Assembly: GCA_963726395.1 (NCBI GenBank)
Contig: CAVSCG010000022.1
Coordinates: 8,345 to 72,344, forward strand
DNA: 64,000 nt
Source: an uncultured delta proteobacterium
GTDB taxonomy: Bacteria; Desulfobacterota; Syntrophia; Syntrophales; Smithellaceae
Direction of reading: 5' to 3'
Shown: positions 25,704 to 36,912 of the stretch, in pieces
How the letters are laid out: each line of letters begins with the position of its first letter
Position numbering within the stretch: position 1 is the stretch's first letter
The notes under the pieces: generated by a model
What the model was told of the DNA's origin: nothing
The model's database searches: none
The model's input: only the letters and a program-made list of their open reading frames with translations
Position numbers and translations under genes: made by a program

Positions 25704-27314
25704 ATGGCACACCGCATAATCATCAAGGATTTACTGCCCTGGATTGCCGCTGTGGCCGGGGGCATTCTGGCGTTTCTGGGCTATGCCGGATTTGATCATT
25801 TTTATCTGGAATGGATATGCCTTGTGCCCATCCTGTGGGCGATTCGTGAGCAAAACCCCGTCCGAGCGTTTTTTATCGGATGGGTTGCAGGCATCACCAT
25901 GCACGGCGGCGGCTTCTATTGGATCATATACATGTTCGAGCAATTCGCCGGGTTGTCATGGCCGCCGGCGCTACTGGGACTGTTGCTTCTGGCCGCGGCA
26001 AACGGCATCGTTTTAGCGATATGGGCAGGGGCCACGCGGTTCATCACCCGCGGTACCGGCTGGAGTGTGATATGGGTTTCACCCATTGTATGGACTGCAC
26101 TCGAAAAATTCTGGCCTGAAATTTTTCCCAACTATCTCGGCGCCAGCCAGTATAAGCTCACTCTTTTAACGCAGATTGCAGATGTGACAGGCATTCTCGG
26201 TGTTACTTTCCTCGTCGTCTATGTTAATTCACTGATCTATGCAGTCATCGAGAGGTGGATGGAGAAGAAGCCCTTCCCCTTTCGCCCGGTGGCGGTTTTC
26301 GCTGCTGCCATTGCGTTGGTTCTAGTTTACGGGGCGGTGCGCATCTACAGCGTTGACAAGAGCGCATCCGCTGCTGAAAAGCTGACGGTCGGCTTGGTTC
26401 AGGTCAATCGTGGGGCCGGACAGAAACACGAGGACCGCGACCGTTTTCTTCACGAACATCAGGAAATGTCCAAAAAACTCATTACCGAAAACTCACTCGA
26501 CCTCATCGTATGGCCCGAAGGCGTCACAACGGTCAACCTCCGCGAGACGTTGCGTGATGGGCGGATTCCGCCCGATGCGCTTGGCAATCTCGGTATACCC
26601 ATATTGTTTGGCGCGATTTTGAGTATAGATCACCATAACGAAACCCGTTATTATAACAGATCGATACTTGTAAACGGGACGGGGAAAATTCTCGGTACTT
26701 ACGACAAAATGGTGCTTGTGCCTTTCGGCGAGTACATACCCTTTGGTGAAACATTCCCCTGGCTGTATTCATGGTCACCCTACTCGAGCAGGTTTTGGTC
26801 CGGAAAGAATTCTGAGCCGCTCTTGCTCGGCACGCATCCGATTTCGGTGAGCATTTGCTACGAGGATATCTTTCCCGGACAGATTCGCATGCTGATGAGT
26901 GGCGGGCAAGAAGGCCGCATTCCCGAAGTGATGTTCAACCTGACGGAAGATTCCTGGTATGGCAATACGGTCGAGCCAACGGAACACCTGGCCCTCGCCA
27001 GCTTTCGGGCCATCGAGCACCGACGGCCCCTTGTGCGGTCCACGACTACTGGCATTTCCGCAATCATTGACCCCGTGGGCCGGTTTACCAAGCGCACCGG
27101 GCAATGGACAAAGGAGACGCTTGTCGGTCGGATTCCAATGATGAAGGGCCGCACTGCATATGCTGTGCTGGGCGACTGGATCGGCTGGCTGTGTGCTATC
27201 CTTGCTCTTCTCAGTATCGGCAGGGGATATCAGTTGTTCCGCAGCCGTCCCGAAAGAAAGCAAATAACTGATCGTAAAGAGAAGAAGCGTAGCAAGCGTC
27301 CAAAGAAATCCTGA
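25704..27314 (+). CDS. lnt: apolipoprotein N-acyltransferase
   Basis: 536 aa with a multi-TM N-terminus and a CN-hydrolase domain (VWPE, VSICYEDIFP, Lys/Cys/Glu triad context). Confidence 0.9.
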   Translation: MAHRIIIKDLLPWIAAVAGGILAFLGYAGFDHFYLEWICLVPILWAIREQNPVRAFFIGWVAGITMHGGGFYWIIYMFEQFAGLSWPPALLGLLLLAAANGIVLAIWAGATRFITRGTGWSVIWVSPIVWTALEKFWPEIFPNYLGASQYKLTLLTQIADVTGILGVTFLVVYVNSLIYAVIERWMEKKPFPFRPVAVFAAAIALVLVYGAVRIYSVDKSASAAEKLTVGLVQVNRGAGQKHEDRDRFLHEHQEMSKKLITENSLDLIVWPEGVTTVNLRETLRDGRIPPDALGNLGIPILFGAILSIDHHNETRYYNRSILVNGTGKILGTYDKMVLVPFGEYIPFGETFPWLYSWSPYSSRFWSGKNSEPLLLGTHPISVSICYEDIFPGQIRMLMSGGQEGRIPEVMFNLTEDSWYGNTVEPTEHLALASFRAIEHRRPLVRSTTTGISAIIDPVGRFTKRTGQWTKETLVGRIPMMKGRTAYAVLGDWIGWLCAILALLSIGRGYQLFRSRPERKQITDRKEKKRSKRPKKS

Positions 27315-27372
27315 ACAAATGGGTGATGCCAGCAAAGCGTTCAGTAATAAATGAAGTCAAGAAGGAATCCAA

Positions 27373-28233
27373 ATGACTCCCATTGAACAGGCGGCAAAAA
27401 TCCTTTCTTCGGCCTGGAAAGGCGTGGCTTTTACGGGGGCCGGCATTTCCGCTGCCAGCGGCATATCCACCTACCGGGACACCGGCGGGTTGTGGGATCG
27501 CTTCGGATCCGAGGACATATTTAATGTCCTGGCCGAACATCCGGATAAGGCCCATGAGATCATAGAAAGTTTCTTCTCTGCCCTCGAGAAGGCCCGACCG
27601 AACCCGGCGCACCTTGCTCTGGCCAAACTCGAAGAAATGGGCCACCTTGCAGCCGTCATCACCCAGAACGTGGACAATCTCCACCGAGAAGCCGGAAGCA
27701 GGTCTGTTTACGAATTGCACGGGAACCTTTATCGGCTTCGCTGCATGACCTGCGGGAAGAAACAAGGACTGTCACGGGAGGCGCTTTTTGCGATGGTCCG
27801 CCCGGTACTGAATAAAATCGATGCGTTCTCTTTGGACGCATTATTGCAGGCATTTCCCAGATGTGAATGCGGGGGGCTTACACGGCCGGACTTCGTCAGT
27901 TTTGGGGAGGCCGTTCAGGATTTAACCGAGGCGAAAAACGCAGCCCGAACCTGCGATGCCATGTTAGTGATAGGAACCTCAGGCCTGGTTTCCCCTGCAG
28001 CCGCTCTGCCTAGAATTGCCAAGCATGCCGGGGCTCAGCTCATAGAGATTAATTGGAAGGAATCGGAACTGACCCCTTTTTGTGATCTTTCAATCCGAGC
28101 TCAGGCAACCGAGGCCCTGCCGCAGATTCTGGCATGCCTCATGCCTGCAAAAAAACCAAGAAGGATCCCGATCCTTTCTTTTGTCGGGGATTGGCTAAGG
28201 AAAAGGAAGGAACCTTTAAACCCAAAACATTAA
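27373..28233 (+). CDS. cobB: NAD-dependent protein deacylase (Sir2/CobB family) with a basic C-terminal extension
   Basis: GAGISAASGISTYRD, QNVDNLH, and a Zn ribbon (CMTCGKK...CECGG). Confidence 0.85.
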   Translation: MTPIEQAAKILSSAWKGVAFTGAGISAASGISTYRDTGGLWDRFGSEDIFNVLAEHPDKAHEIIESFFSALEKARPNPAHLALAKLEEMGHLAAVITQNVDNLHREAGSRSVYELHGNLYRLRCMTCGKKQGLSREALFAMVRPVLNKIDAFSLDALLQAFPRCECGGLTRPDFVSFGEAVQDLTEAKNAARTCDAMLVIGTSGLVSPAAALPRIAKHAGAQLIEINWKESELTPFCDLSIRAQATEALPQILACLMPAKKPRRIPILSFVGDWLRKRKEPLNPKH

Positions 28234-28298
28234 TGACCTTTAAAAGAAAGCTCTGCCTCACAGATGCGGACTATCAGAGATCAGTTACTCGCTGCAAC

Positions 28299-28352
28299 TT
28301 TCAAATCGTAATCGATAACGCCAAAACTTTTCAAAGTCGTTTGTTTGTAGGT
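28299..28352 (+). repeat. 55-nt repeat, copy B (partner at 2366-2419)
   Basis: TTTCAAATCGTAATCGATAACGCCAAAACTTTTCAAAGTCGTTTGTTTGTAGGT. Confidence 0.7.
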
Positions 28353-28526
28353 AAATAATTCAATATTTGCCAGCGGCTGAAAATTAAAACAGCGTTGATA
28401 ACTTTTCCCGAGATTTTCTTCCTATAAGTTGCAAACCACCAACCTCAGCAAAAATTCTAGACTCAATCCGTAATAAACAAAAATCATGTCATACAAACAT
28501 CGACCCTGCGCCCCATCATCTGTGCT

Positions 28527-28576
28527 CAAGATTGTCTCAAGATTGTCTTGACAGACAGGACCCTGTTTCCTATACT
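28527..28576 (+). promoter_or_regulatory. near-consensus sigma-70 promoter with tandem 11-bp direct repeats abutting the -35 (ABC-exporter operon)
   Basis: TTGACA (28548-28553), a 17-nt spacer and TATACT (28571-28576). AAGATTGTCTC-AAGATTGTCTT at 28528-28549 runs into the -35. Confidence 0.6.
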
Positions 28577-28796
28577 TTCGCATCACAAAAAGGAATTTAT
28601 TATCAAATTGCACTATCTTCAATCATGTCCTTCCGGGGCTGCATTCGAAAGGGTATTCCAAAATTCCATGGATTGCCTGATTTATGATTTGAAAAGACAA
28701 CTTACTGAAACCATATTATGCATTGAACGGTCCAGCCCGTTCTTTGATGATTATAAATGGAGTTTTATAAAAATGTAGTTTTATAAAGAGGAGAAT

Positions 28797-29768
28797 ATGG
28801 CCGAAAAGGGAAAGGTTTTTAAAAAGTCAGTCATCATCATGGTCTTGGTTCTCTTGGCAGGGACTCTTGCTTTTTATCTGTATATCAACAAAGACAAGAA
28901 TGCCGTTCCGCAAGGTTTTGTGATGGGCAACGGCCGACTTGAGGCGACTGAGGTGGATATTGCAACAAAGCTTGCAGGGCGTCTCACAGAAGTCCTCGCG
29001 AAAGAAGGGGACTTAATCGATAAAAACCAGATCGTGGCCAAGATAGACACGAGCACGTTCCAAGCCCTATTGAAGCAGGCCGAGGCCGAAGTTAAACGGG
29101 CAAAACAAGCGCGCGAAACCGCCCTGTCCAGGGTCGAAGGCATTCGCGTTAAGAGGGAACTTGCGGTAAAAGAGCTTGAGCGGTCCAATACTCTCTTTGC
29201 AAAGGACATCTTTACACAACAGGAACAAGATCGTAATCAGACAGTCAAGGAGACCTATGATGCAGAATATGCAGTGGCAAAATCATTAATCGTCGAGGCC
29301 GAAGGCGCCATTGAGTCCGCAGTTGCCCAGACGGAGAGGTTGAAAGTAGAGATCAATGACTGCATGCTGAAGAGCCCCATAAAGGGACCGGTATTGTCCC
29401 GTCTTGCAGAACCAGGCGAGGTCCTGCCCAATGGAGGCAAGGTACTGACCATTATTGACCCCACGGATATTTACATGAATGTGTACCTATCCGAGCAATA
29501 TGCCGGCATCATTCCCTTAGGCGGTGATGCCAAGGTTGTGCTCGATGCTATACCGGACAGGCAATTTCTGGCACGGGTGGCTTATGTCTCTGAAAAGGCA
29601 CAGTTCACCCCCAAAGAGGTTGAGACAACAGAGGAGCGCCAGAAGCTTGTTTTCCGAGTGAGAATCAGTTTTCAGGAATTTAATGACCCCCGGTTGAAGC
29701 CAGGCATGCCTGGTGTTGCATATATCCGTTTGAATCCGTCCGCGAAATGGACGGAACTTTTTAAGTGA
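28797..29768 (+). CDS. HlyD-family membrane-fusion/periplasmic adaptor protein (YhiI-like)
   Basis: 323 aa with an N-terminal TM, a coiled-coil hairpin and a beta-barrel end. The stop overlaps the next gene's start. Confidence 0.85.
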   Translation: MAEKGKVFKKSVIIMVLVLLAGTLAFYLYINKDKNAVPQGFVMGNGRLEATEVDIATKLAGRLTEVLAKEGDLIDKNQIVAKIDTSTFQALLKQAEAEVKRAKQARETALSRVEGIRVKRELAVKELERSNTLFAKDIFTQQEQDRNQTVKETYDAEYAVAKSLIVEAEGAIESAVAQTERLKVEINDCMLKSPIKGPVLSRLAEPGEVLPNGGKVLTIIDPTDIYMNVYLSEQYAGIIPLGGDAKVVLDAIPDRQFLARVAYVSEKAQFTPKEVETTEERQKLVFRVRISFQEFNDPRLKPGMPGVAYIRLNPSAKWTELFK

Positions 29769-32519
29769 ATGCCCGCATGAACGGCCATGATACAATCGCA
29801 CATATTGAAGGAGTGAAACATCGCTACGGCAAGAAGATCGTCCTTGATTCAATTGATCTTCATATACCCGCCGGATGCAAGGTGGGCTTCATCGGGCCCG
29901 ACGGCGTTGGCAAATCAACTCTGCTCAGTCTTATTGCAGGCCAGAAGAAGATACAGACCGGTGACATTCATGTCTTGGGCAGCACCATGCGTTCAGGTAT
30001 CCACCGTCATGATGTCTGCTCGCAGATTGCTTATATTCCCCAGGGTCTTGGGCAGAATCTCTATCCAACTCTTTCAGTCTATGAGAATGTGGATTTTTTC
30101 GGACGCCTCTTCGGATTCACCAGCGTCGAGAGAAACGAGCGGATCGAACGGCTCCTGAAGGCCACAAACCTTGCACCTTTTGCCCACCGGCCGGCAGGCC
30201 AGCTTTCAGGCGGCATGAAGCAGAAACTGGGGCTATGCTGTGCCCTGATCCACAATCCTGAAGTGCTCATTATGGACGAACCCACTACCGGTGTCGATCC
30301 CCTCTCACGGCGCCAGTTCTGGGAACTCGTCACGGAAATGAGCACCCATCATGAAGGAATGAGCATCATCATCGCAACTGCCTACATGGATGAGGCTGAA
30401 CACCTTGATTGGCTCGTCATGATGGAAGGCGGCCGGATCCTTGCTTCAGGAACGCCCGAAGAGTTAAAGAAAAAGACCGGCAAGACGACCATAGAAGACG
30501 CATACATCGCCATGCTGCCCGAAGAGATGCGCTATGGGCATAGGATCTTTACGACACCGCCAAGGATAGCATCGAATGACGGTTCCGCCATTGAGGCAAA
30601 ACACCTTACCAAAAAGTTCGGTGACTTTACTGCGGTTGATGATGTCTCCTTCACCATACCGAGGGGCGAGATCTTCGGTTTTGTCGGATCGAACGGCTGC
30701 GGCAAGACCACCACCATGAAGATGCTCACCGGGCTTTTGCATCCCACGAATGGCCAGGCCTACATCTTCGACAGCTTTGTGGAAACCGGGAGTATCGAGC
30801 TGAAAAAGCGCATCGGATACATGTCGCAGAGCTTTTCGCTATATGGTGAGCTTACCGTGCGGCAGAATCTGGATATGCATGCACATCTCTTCGATTTGCC
30901 GAAGGAGGATGTCCCTTCAAGGGTAAAGGAAATGGCTGAGAAGTTCGGACTGAACGACGTCATGGACGACCAGACTGAACGCCTTCCCCTGGGCATCCGC
31001 CAGCGTCTCTCCCTGGCCGTTGCCGCCATTCATAAGCCCGAAATCCTGATCCTCGACGAACCTACATCAGGCGTCGATCCTGTGGCTAGAGACCACTTCT
31101 GGGAGCTCCTCATAAACCTCTCTAGGGAGAGTGGCGTAACCATCTTCGTGACCACCCATTACATGAATGAGGCCAATCGCTGCGACAGGGTCGCCCTCAT
31201 GAGCATGGGCCGCGTCCTTGCCTGCGACGCACCTGAAGAGCTTGTCCGCATGCGTGGCTGCCCTACCCTCGAAGAAGCCTTTATTGCCTATATGAAGGAT
31301 GATATTGCCAGAAATACCATCGCCGAGACGGATGATGAAAAACAGACCGTCCCGTTCATGCTTAAATCTGAACGTGTCAAAAAACATGGCCGCCTCTTTG
31401 ATATTTACCGGTTGGCAGCCCTAGCTCGAAGAGAAGCCATCGAATTGTTCCGCGACCCGGTCAGACTCATCATCTCATTCATCGTCTCGCCCTTCCTGCT
31501 CATCGTCTTCGGCTTCGGCATATCAACAGATATCGAAAATATCAAATACAGTGTCATCGACAACGATCAGAAGATGTGTAGCCGCGATTACCTGGAATAT
31601 TTCTCTAGTTCACGATACTTCAGCGAACAGAAACCCATACGCTCTCACTCCGAGCTTGACAAGGGCTTTCAGAGGTGGCGAGTTCAATATGGTCGTCGAG
31701 ATCCCTCCTGGTTTCGAAAAAGACATCAAGAGGGGCAAGAGCCCTTCAGTAGGGTTCTGGATTCAAGGCACCATGCCGTTCAGGGCCGAGACCACCAAGA
31801 ACTATGCAGAGGCCGTGCACCTGTCCTATCTCAAGGACCTCGTCGATCGCTCCCCCATACCTGTGGCTTCTTCATCTACTCATGTTCAGCCCCGGTACTG
31901 GTATAACCCACTGATAAAAAGCAAATATTCCATTGTACCCGGCCTGCTGGCCATTGTTCTCATGCTTGTTCCCTGCATGCTCACGGCCATCGGCGTGGTG
32001 AGGGAAAAGGAGCTGGGTTCTATCGCCAACTTCTACTCAAGTCCCATGACCAGGCTTGAATTCCTCTGGGGCAAGCAGATCCCCTACATTGTGATTACGG
32101 CAATAACCTTCATTATCCTTCTCGCAGTGATTAAATTCCTATTCAACGTCCCCTTTAAGGGCAGTTTCCCCGCCCTGGTTACCGGGGCGATGCTCTATAT
32201 CATTATTACCACCGGCCTAGGCCTGCTTATCTCGACTTTCACCAAGACCCAGATCGCTTCTCTGCTTGCGGCCTTTGTTATTACACTGGTGCCTTGCTTC
32301 GATTTATCGGGGCTTACAACCCCTGCCTCAACGCTCACCGGCGGGGCCAAGTTCATGTCATTGGTCTTCCCTGCACGCTATTTCCTGAACATCAGCGTGG
32401 GTACCTTCACCAAGGGAATCGGTTTCCCGGAGCTGGTGTGGAACTTTATCTTCCTGATCATGATCTATATGACCATTCAAATCATGACGGTCTTCTTGCT
32501 GAAAAAACAGGAGAAATAG
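29765..32519 (+). pseudogene. RbbA/YhiH-like fused ABC transporter (two ATPase domains plus ABC-2 permease), interrupted by one frameshift
   Basis: Two Walker A motifs (GPDGVGKST, GSNGCGKTT) and two LSGG signatures. The frame switches near 31668-31676 (..SHSELDKGF | GGEFNMVVEIPPGF..) into ORF 31551-32519, the ABC-2 membrane domain. Confidence 0.8.
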
Positions 32520-32520
32520 C

Positions 32521-33639
32521 ATGATCAAAAAGCTCTGGCACATCTACCGGCTCGGTTTGAAAGAACTCATCAGCTTCCGTTATGACTATGTCCTGGTGAT
32601 TATGGTTATCTATTCCTTCACGGTCATGGTCATAGTACCTGCAAAAGGTACCGGGGTGCAGGTGCGCAATTCAACCGTAGCATACGTCGATGAAGACCAG
32701 TCCCCGTTGTCTCAGAGGATAATCGACTCTATTCAACAGCCCTTTTTCCAAAAACCCCATGCCATCATATACCACGACATCAACCAGGTATTGGACAGGG
32801 CCGAATATATCTTTGTTCTTCACATACCATCAGGCTTTCAGAAAGACCTGCTCGCCGGGAAGGCACCTGATATCAGCATCGACGTCGATGCCACGGTCAT
32901 CGGCCACGCCAGGCTCGGCGTGACCTACCTGAGCAGGATCATAAACCAGGAGATAAACACATTTTTGCTGGGATCCCATAAGCCTGCCGATCCTCCCATT
33001 CAGGTGAACACACGCATAATGTATAATCCAAACAATGAAAACTCCTGGTTCATGGGCTTTGTATTACTTACCCACATGATCACGCTCCTTTCCATTATCC
33101 TGCCCGCTGCAGCCCTCATCAAAGAAAAAGAGCGCGGTACAGTGGAGCATTTGCTCGTCATGCCCCTTGTCCCTCTGGAAATAACCATCGCCAAGGTCTG
33201 GGCCAGCAGTTTTATCGTGTTAATAGGTGCCATGTTCGCACTCTTTTTCTCGATCAAGTGGGTCATCGGTGCCCCTATCCACGGTTCCATGCTCCTCTTC
33301 TTTTTCGGAACCATTGTTTACCTCTATGCGACGACCGAGCTCGGCGTGTTCCTTGCCACCATCGCCAAGAATCAGCCCCAGGCAGGCCTTTTGGCCATGC
33401 CCATCATCACGCCCATCACCTTTCTCAGCGGTGGAGTAACCCCTATGGAGTCTATGCCCGGATTCCTCCAGATCATAATGCAGTTCGCCCCAACCACACA
33501 CTATATGGAATTTTGCTCCCGCGTACTCATCAGGGATGCAGGAATAGGTGTCGTCTGGCCGCAGCTCCTTGCTATGGCAGCCATCGGGACCGTGCTGTTC
33601 ATAGGCGCCATGATACGTTTCCGTAAGACGTTCCAGTAA
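32521..33639 (+). CDS. ABC-2 type transporter permease (YhhJ-like)
   Basis: 372 aa with an N-terminal TM, a large periplasmic loop and a 5-TM ABC-2 domain. Confidence 0.85.
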   Translation: MIKKLWHIYRLGLKELISFRYDYVLVIMVIYSFTVMVIVPAKGTGVQVRNSTVAYVDEDQSPLSQRIIDSIQQPFFQKPHAIIYHDINQVLDRAEYIFVLHIPSGFQKDLLAGKAPDISIDVDATVIGHARLGVTYLSRIINQEINTFLLGSHKPADPPIQVNTRIMYNPNNENSWFMGFVLLTHMITLLSIILPAAALIKEKERGTVEHLLVMPLVPLEITIAKVWASSFIVLIGAMFALFFSIKWVIGAPIHGSMLLFFFGTIVYLYATTELGVFLATIAKNQPQAGLLAMPIITPITFLSGGVTPMESMPGFLQIIMQFAPTTHYMEFCSRVLIRDAGIGVVWPQLLAMAAIGTVLFIGAMIRFRKTFQ

Positions 33640-33657
33640 AGGTTTTCCGTTCCTCCT

Positions 33658-33690
33658 AGGGGGAATTTCCCCCTTGACTTTCGATTTGTG
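33658..33690 (+). terminator. candidate terminator of the ABC-exporter operon
   Basis: AGGGGGAA-T-TTCCCCCT followed by the T-rich TGACTTTCGATTT, 19 nt after the stop. Confidence 0.5.
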
Positions 33691-33853
33691 TAAGAGCATT
33701 CATCGATCGTAGTTCCTCATATTATATTAGTAAACATATCCATTTAAACCTCAACCTTCTAAAGTCTGCAATGAAACGGTAAATTGGGCGAAACAGGTTT
33801 TCTAAGCACAGAATAAACAAAATCATCTACAAGTCAAACCGAAGGAGGTACCA

Positions 33854-34261
33854 ATGGGCAAGACAGCAAGCGAGATGGTGGCCGAGGCCAAGGCAAGGGT
33901 GGAGAACCTGGACCCGATGGCGGTGGCGGAAGAGATACGCAGGGGGGCCGTGCTCGTCGACCTTCGGGAGCAGCACGAAATTAACGACAAGGGGCATATC
34001 GCAGGGTCGGTGCACATCCCCCGCGGAATGCTGGAGTTTCTTGCCGATCCCACCAACCCCCACCATCACAAGATGCTCGACCCTCGAAAACGGGTCATTC
34101 TCTATTGCGCAACCGGCAACCGGTCGCCCCTGGCAGCCGCAACCCTCCAGGATATGGGCTACACCCACGTCGCCCACCTTGCGGGTGGTATCACCGCCTG
34201 GGCCGAGCAAGGTCTCCCTGTCGACAAGAGTCGACCAGAATTGTGCATGATTAACTGTTAG
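33854..34261 (+). CDS. rhodanese-domain sulfurtransferase
   Basis: 135 aa with a CATGNRS active-site loop. Confidence 0.8.
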   Translation: MGKTASEMVAEAKARVENLDPMAVAEEIRRGAVLVDLREQHEINDKGHIAGSVHIPRGMLEFLADPTNPHHHKMLDPRKRVILYCATGNRSPLAAATLQDMGYTHVAHLAGGITAWAEQGLPVDKSRPELCMINC

Positions 34262-34278
34262 TAAAAGGAGGATAAACC

Positions 34279-34800
34279 ATGGAAGGCTGGAAAGAAGATG
34301 AAATCAGAAACAAGAATCTCATGGCGCCGTGTGGCCTGTACTGTGGCGCTTGCGGCGTATATATCGCCACGCGCGACAATAACCAGAAGTTCAAGACTGT
34401 CATGGGCAATCTATACGGTACCAAGCCTGAAGAAACTGAGTGCCTGGGTTGCATGCAGGCCGACCCACCCCAATGTATCTATGGCTACTGCCGTGAGTGC
34501 GGCATCCGCAATTGTGTTCGGTCCAAGGGTTTCTATTCTTGTCACCAGTGCACGGATTGGCCCTGTGACCAGATAAAGAACTTTGGCTTAGCCACAGGCC
34601 AAAGGGTGATGCTGCAGACCATTCCCCTTTGGCGTACTAAGGTCGCCGAACTCGGCGACGAAGAGGGCAGCGTGGCGTGGGCGCGTGCCGTATGCGAAAA
34701 GTACCATTGCTCTGCCTGCGGCAAACCGCTTTTCCGCGGCGCCCAGCGTTGCCGGTCTTGCGGTAAAGATGTCTCCACTGAACTTGACGGCGCGCTCTGA
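34279..34800 (+). CDS. Cys-rich DUF3795-like protein
   Basis: 173 aa with APCGLYCGACGVY, CLGC, YCRECGIRNC, CHQC and CSACG...CRSCG. Confidence 0.6.
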   Translation: MEGWKEDEIRNKNLMAPCGLYCGACGVYIATRDNNQKFKTVMGNLYGTKPEETECLGCMQADPPQCIYGYCRECGIRNCVRSKGFYSCHQCTDWPCDQIKNFGLATGQRVMLQTIPLWRTKVAELGDEEGSVAWARAVCEKYHCSACGKPLFRGAQRCRSCGKDVSTELDGAL

Positions 34801-34978
34801 TATTTTTCTTAACAACTGTAAGTCTGGATATCAAAGACAGGTAGTCTATACCACTTTAATATCTATTTGCAGTCAATAAGACCGAGTTTGAAAGAGGCGA
34901 TGAAGAACCTCGAAATCAGGAAGTCACCCACACAGGTCACCCCCAGTAAAAAATAACAGTTTGTAGGTTATTGAAATC

Positions 34979-35054
<76 letters not shown>

Positions 35055-35073
35055 ATCCATTAAAGAGATGTCG

Positions 35074-35102
35074 TATTTATATTATGGAATTCCCCTTGTC
35101 AA
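35074..35102 (-). promoter_or_regulatory. candidate sigma-70 promoter of tRNA-Thr
   Basis: Minus strand has TTGACA (35102-35097), a 17-nt spacer and TAAATA (35079-35074). Confidence 0.5.
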
Positions 35103-35176
35103 CATCAATAATCTGTTCCGCCTTAATGATGATTGACTTCTATTCCATTTTCCTTTAGCTTCCGAAAACAAAGCTG

Positions 35177-36310
35177 ATGAATATGGAAACTAAAATGATT
35201 CTTTTTCTCCTCACCTTTTTATGCCTTTACAGCGGGATTAATTTTTATCTCTTTTTCCGTGCCAAAAGCATCCTTCACTTTTCCGGTTTTCTGCAGGGCT
35301 TGATCCTGATTCTCATCATCCTGCTGATTCTCGCGCCGGTTATTGTCCGAACATTGGAATCCTTGCATTATGAGCAGCTGGCGCGTCTGGCCGCCTGCGT
35401 CGGCTATGTCTGGATGGCATTTGTTTTTCTGTTTTTCTTTTCGAGCGTTTCGCTGGAATTGATTCGAATCGTCCACAAGCTGATCGTTCCCGGAACCGTG
35501 ACGCTCACGCTCAAGGCTGTCACATTCTACATGTCCGTATTTCTAGCGGCCGGCTTGGTGATCTACGGTTATTTCGACGCACAGCTAATCCGCGTGAAGA
35601 ACCTGCAAATCACTACGGATCAGGTTCTCCCCGAAGACGGAAAACTCCGCATTGTCCAGATATCCGACGTACATGTGGGTATCATCGTTCGGAACAGCCG
35701 TTTAAATCAAATTTTGGAACGCATTCAGGAGGCCCGACCCGACATTCTTGTTTCCACGGGTGATCTGCTTGACGGCGAACTGGACAATATCATGGAGGAC
35801 GCCAAACGTTTCGCCGCAATAAAAGTTCCCTATGGCAAATTCGCCGTTTTGGGCAATCATGAATATTACGCTGGATTAAAGCGATCCATCGAATTTACGG
35901 AAGCAGCAGGCTTCCGTCTGTTGCGTGATGACAGCATACAGACGGCGGGCATTACGATTTTCGGAGAAGACGATATTACCGGCCGGAAACCCGGCGAAAC
36001 AAAGAAAAGTGAAGCCTTGCAAAAGGCGCTCACCCAAAAGATAGACGGTTTTGTCCTGCTTTTGAAGCACCAGCCCTCCATCAGCAAAGAAGCCTGTTTC
36101 AATCTACAGCTTTCCGGCCACACGCACGGCGGCCAGCTTTTCCCCTTCGGCCTCATCACGCGCTTGTATTTTCCGAAAAACTACGGTCTGCATGAGCTGG
36201 CCACAAACAAACTGTTGTATGTCAGCCGTGGCACCGGCACCTGGGGCCCGCCCGTGCGCGTCTTCGCCCCGCCGGAAATTACCGTGATTGATTTGATCGG
36301 GAAAAAATGA
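35177..36310 (+). CDS. membrane-anchored metallophosphoesterase
   Basis: The N-terminus has about 4 TM. Calcineurin-like motifs are present: SDVHVG, GDLLDG, GNHEY, GHTHGGQ. Confidence 0.8.
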   Translation: MNMETKMILFLLTFLCLYSGINFYLFFRAKSILHFSGFLQGLILILIILLILAPVIVRTLESLHYEQLARLAACVGYVWMAFVFLFFFSSVSLELIRIVHKLIVPGTVTLTLKAVTFYMSVFLAAGLVIYGYFDAQLIRVKNLQITTDQVLPEDGKLRIVQISDVHVGIIVRNSRLNQILERIQEARPDILVSTGDLLDGELDNIMEDAKRFAAIKVPYGKFAVLGNHEYYAGLKRSIEFTEAAGFRLLRDDSIQTAGITIFGEDDITGRKPGETKKSEALQKALTQKIDGFVLLLKHQPSISKEACFNLQLSGHTHGGQLFPFGLITRLYFPKNYGLHELATNKLLYVSRGTGTWGPPVRVFAPPEITVIDLIGKK

Positions 36311-36389
36311 ATTGATTCACTACCAGATTATTTTCTGAAGACAAATGTCAGAATAATTTTGCGTCCGGGTCATTGCTTTTGAAAATGAT

Positions 36390-36431
36390 ATGGGAATAAA
36401 GAACGTGGCCTGCCATGCAGACAGACCACGT
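36390..36431 (-). terminator. candidate terminator of rpsT
   Basis: Minus strand has ACGTGG..(inner CTGC-ATG-GCAG)..CCACGT followed by TCTTTATT. Confidence 0.45.
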
Positions 36432-36440
36432 CAAAATGAA

Positions 36441-36707
36441 TTATCCCTGAAGGGCGTTAACTTTCTTTGTTAATCGTGAAATTTTGCGAGAGGCATTTTT
36501 CTTGTGGATCAGGCCTTTTGCCGCGGCTTTGGCAAGCGCGGGAACGGTTGCTTTCAGCGCATTTACCGAGTTTTCTTTGCTTTTGCCTTCAACAGCCGCG
36601 AGAACCGTTTTGACTTTTGTTTTTATCGCGGACTTGGCGGCAATATTGCGCTCCCGGCGGACTTTGCTTTGACGATCGCGTTTTTCTGCTGATTTATGTG
36701 TTGCCAA
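36441..36707 (-). CDS. rpsT: 30S ribosomal protein S20
   Basis: 88 aa. MATHKSAEKRDRQSKVRRERN... is the typical S20 sequence. Confidence 0.95.
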   Translation of the reverse strand: MATHKSAEKRDRQSKVRRERNIAAKSAIKTKVKTVLAAVEGKSKENSVNALKATVPALAKAAAKGLIHKKNASRKISRLTKKVNALQG

Positions 36708-36912
36708 ATGTATCTCCTCCTGAACTTCATTTTTTATTAAGGTGTGGGTGTTTAACGCAATTATTTCAGGCTGTCAAGCGCAATTTATTGTGCAAATTGA
36801 TTGCCGGGCAGAACAGTGGGTTATTGGGGAACCTGCAGGGAATCGTTTTAATCCGTTCCCGGCAATTGCCGGCATCAAAGCCAATGAATTTGAATTGGTA
36901 TCAAATCAGGAA

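Noticed and set aside
28548-28778. 76-aa ORF upstream of the HlyD gene as a leader peptide or regulator.
   Set aside because: Its start codon lies inside the -35/-10 promoter, so it would not be on the transcript. It has no RBS and no recognisable fold.
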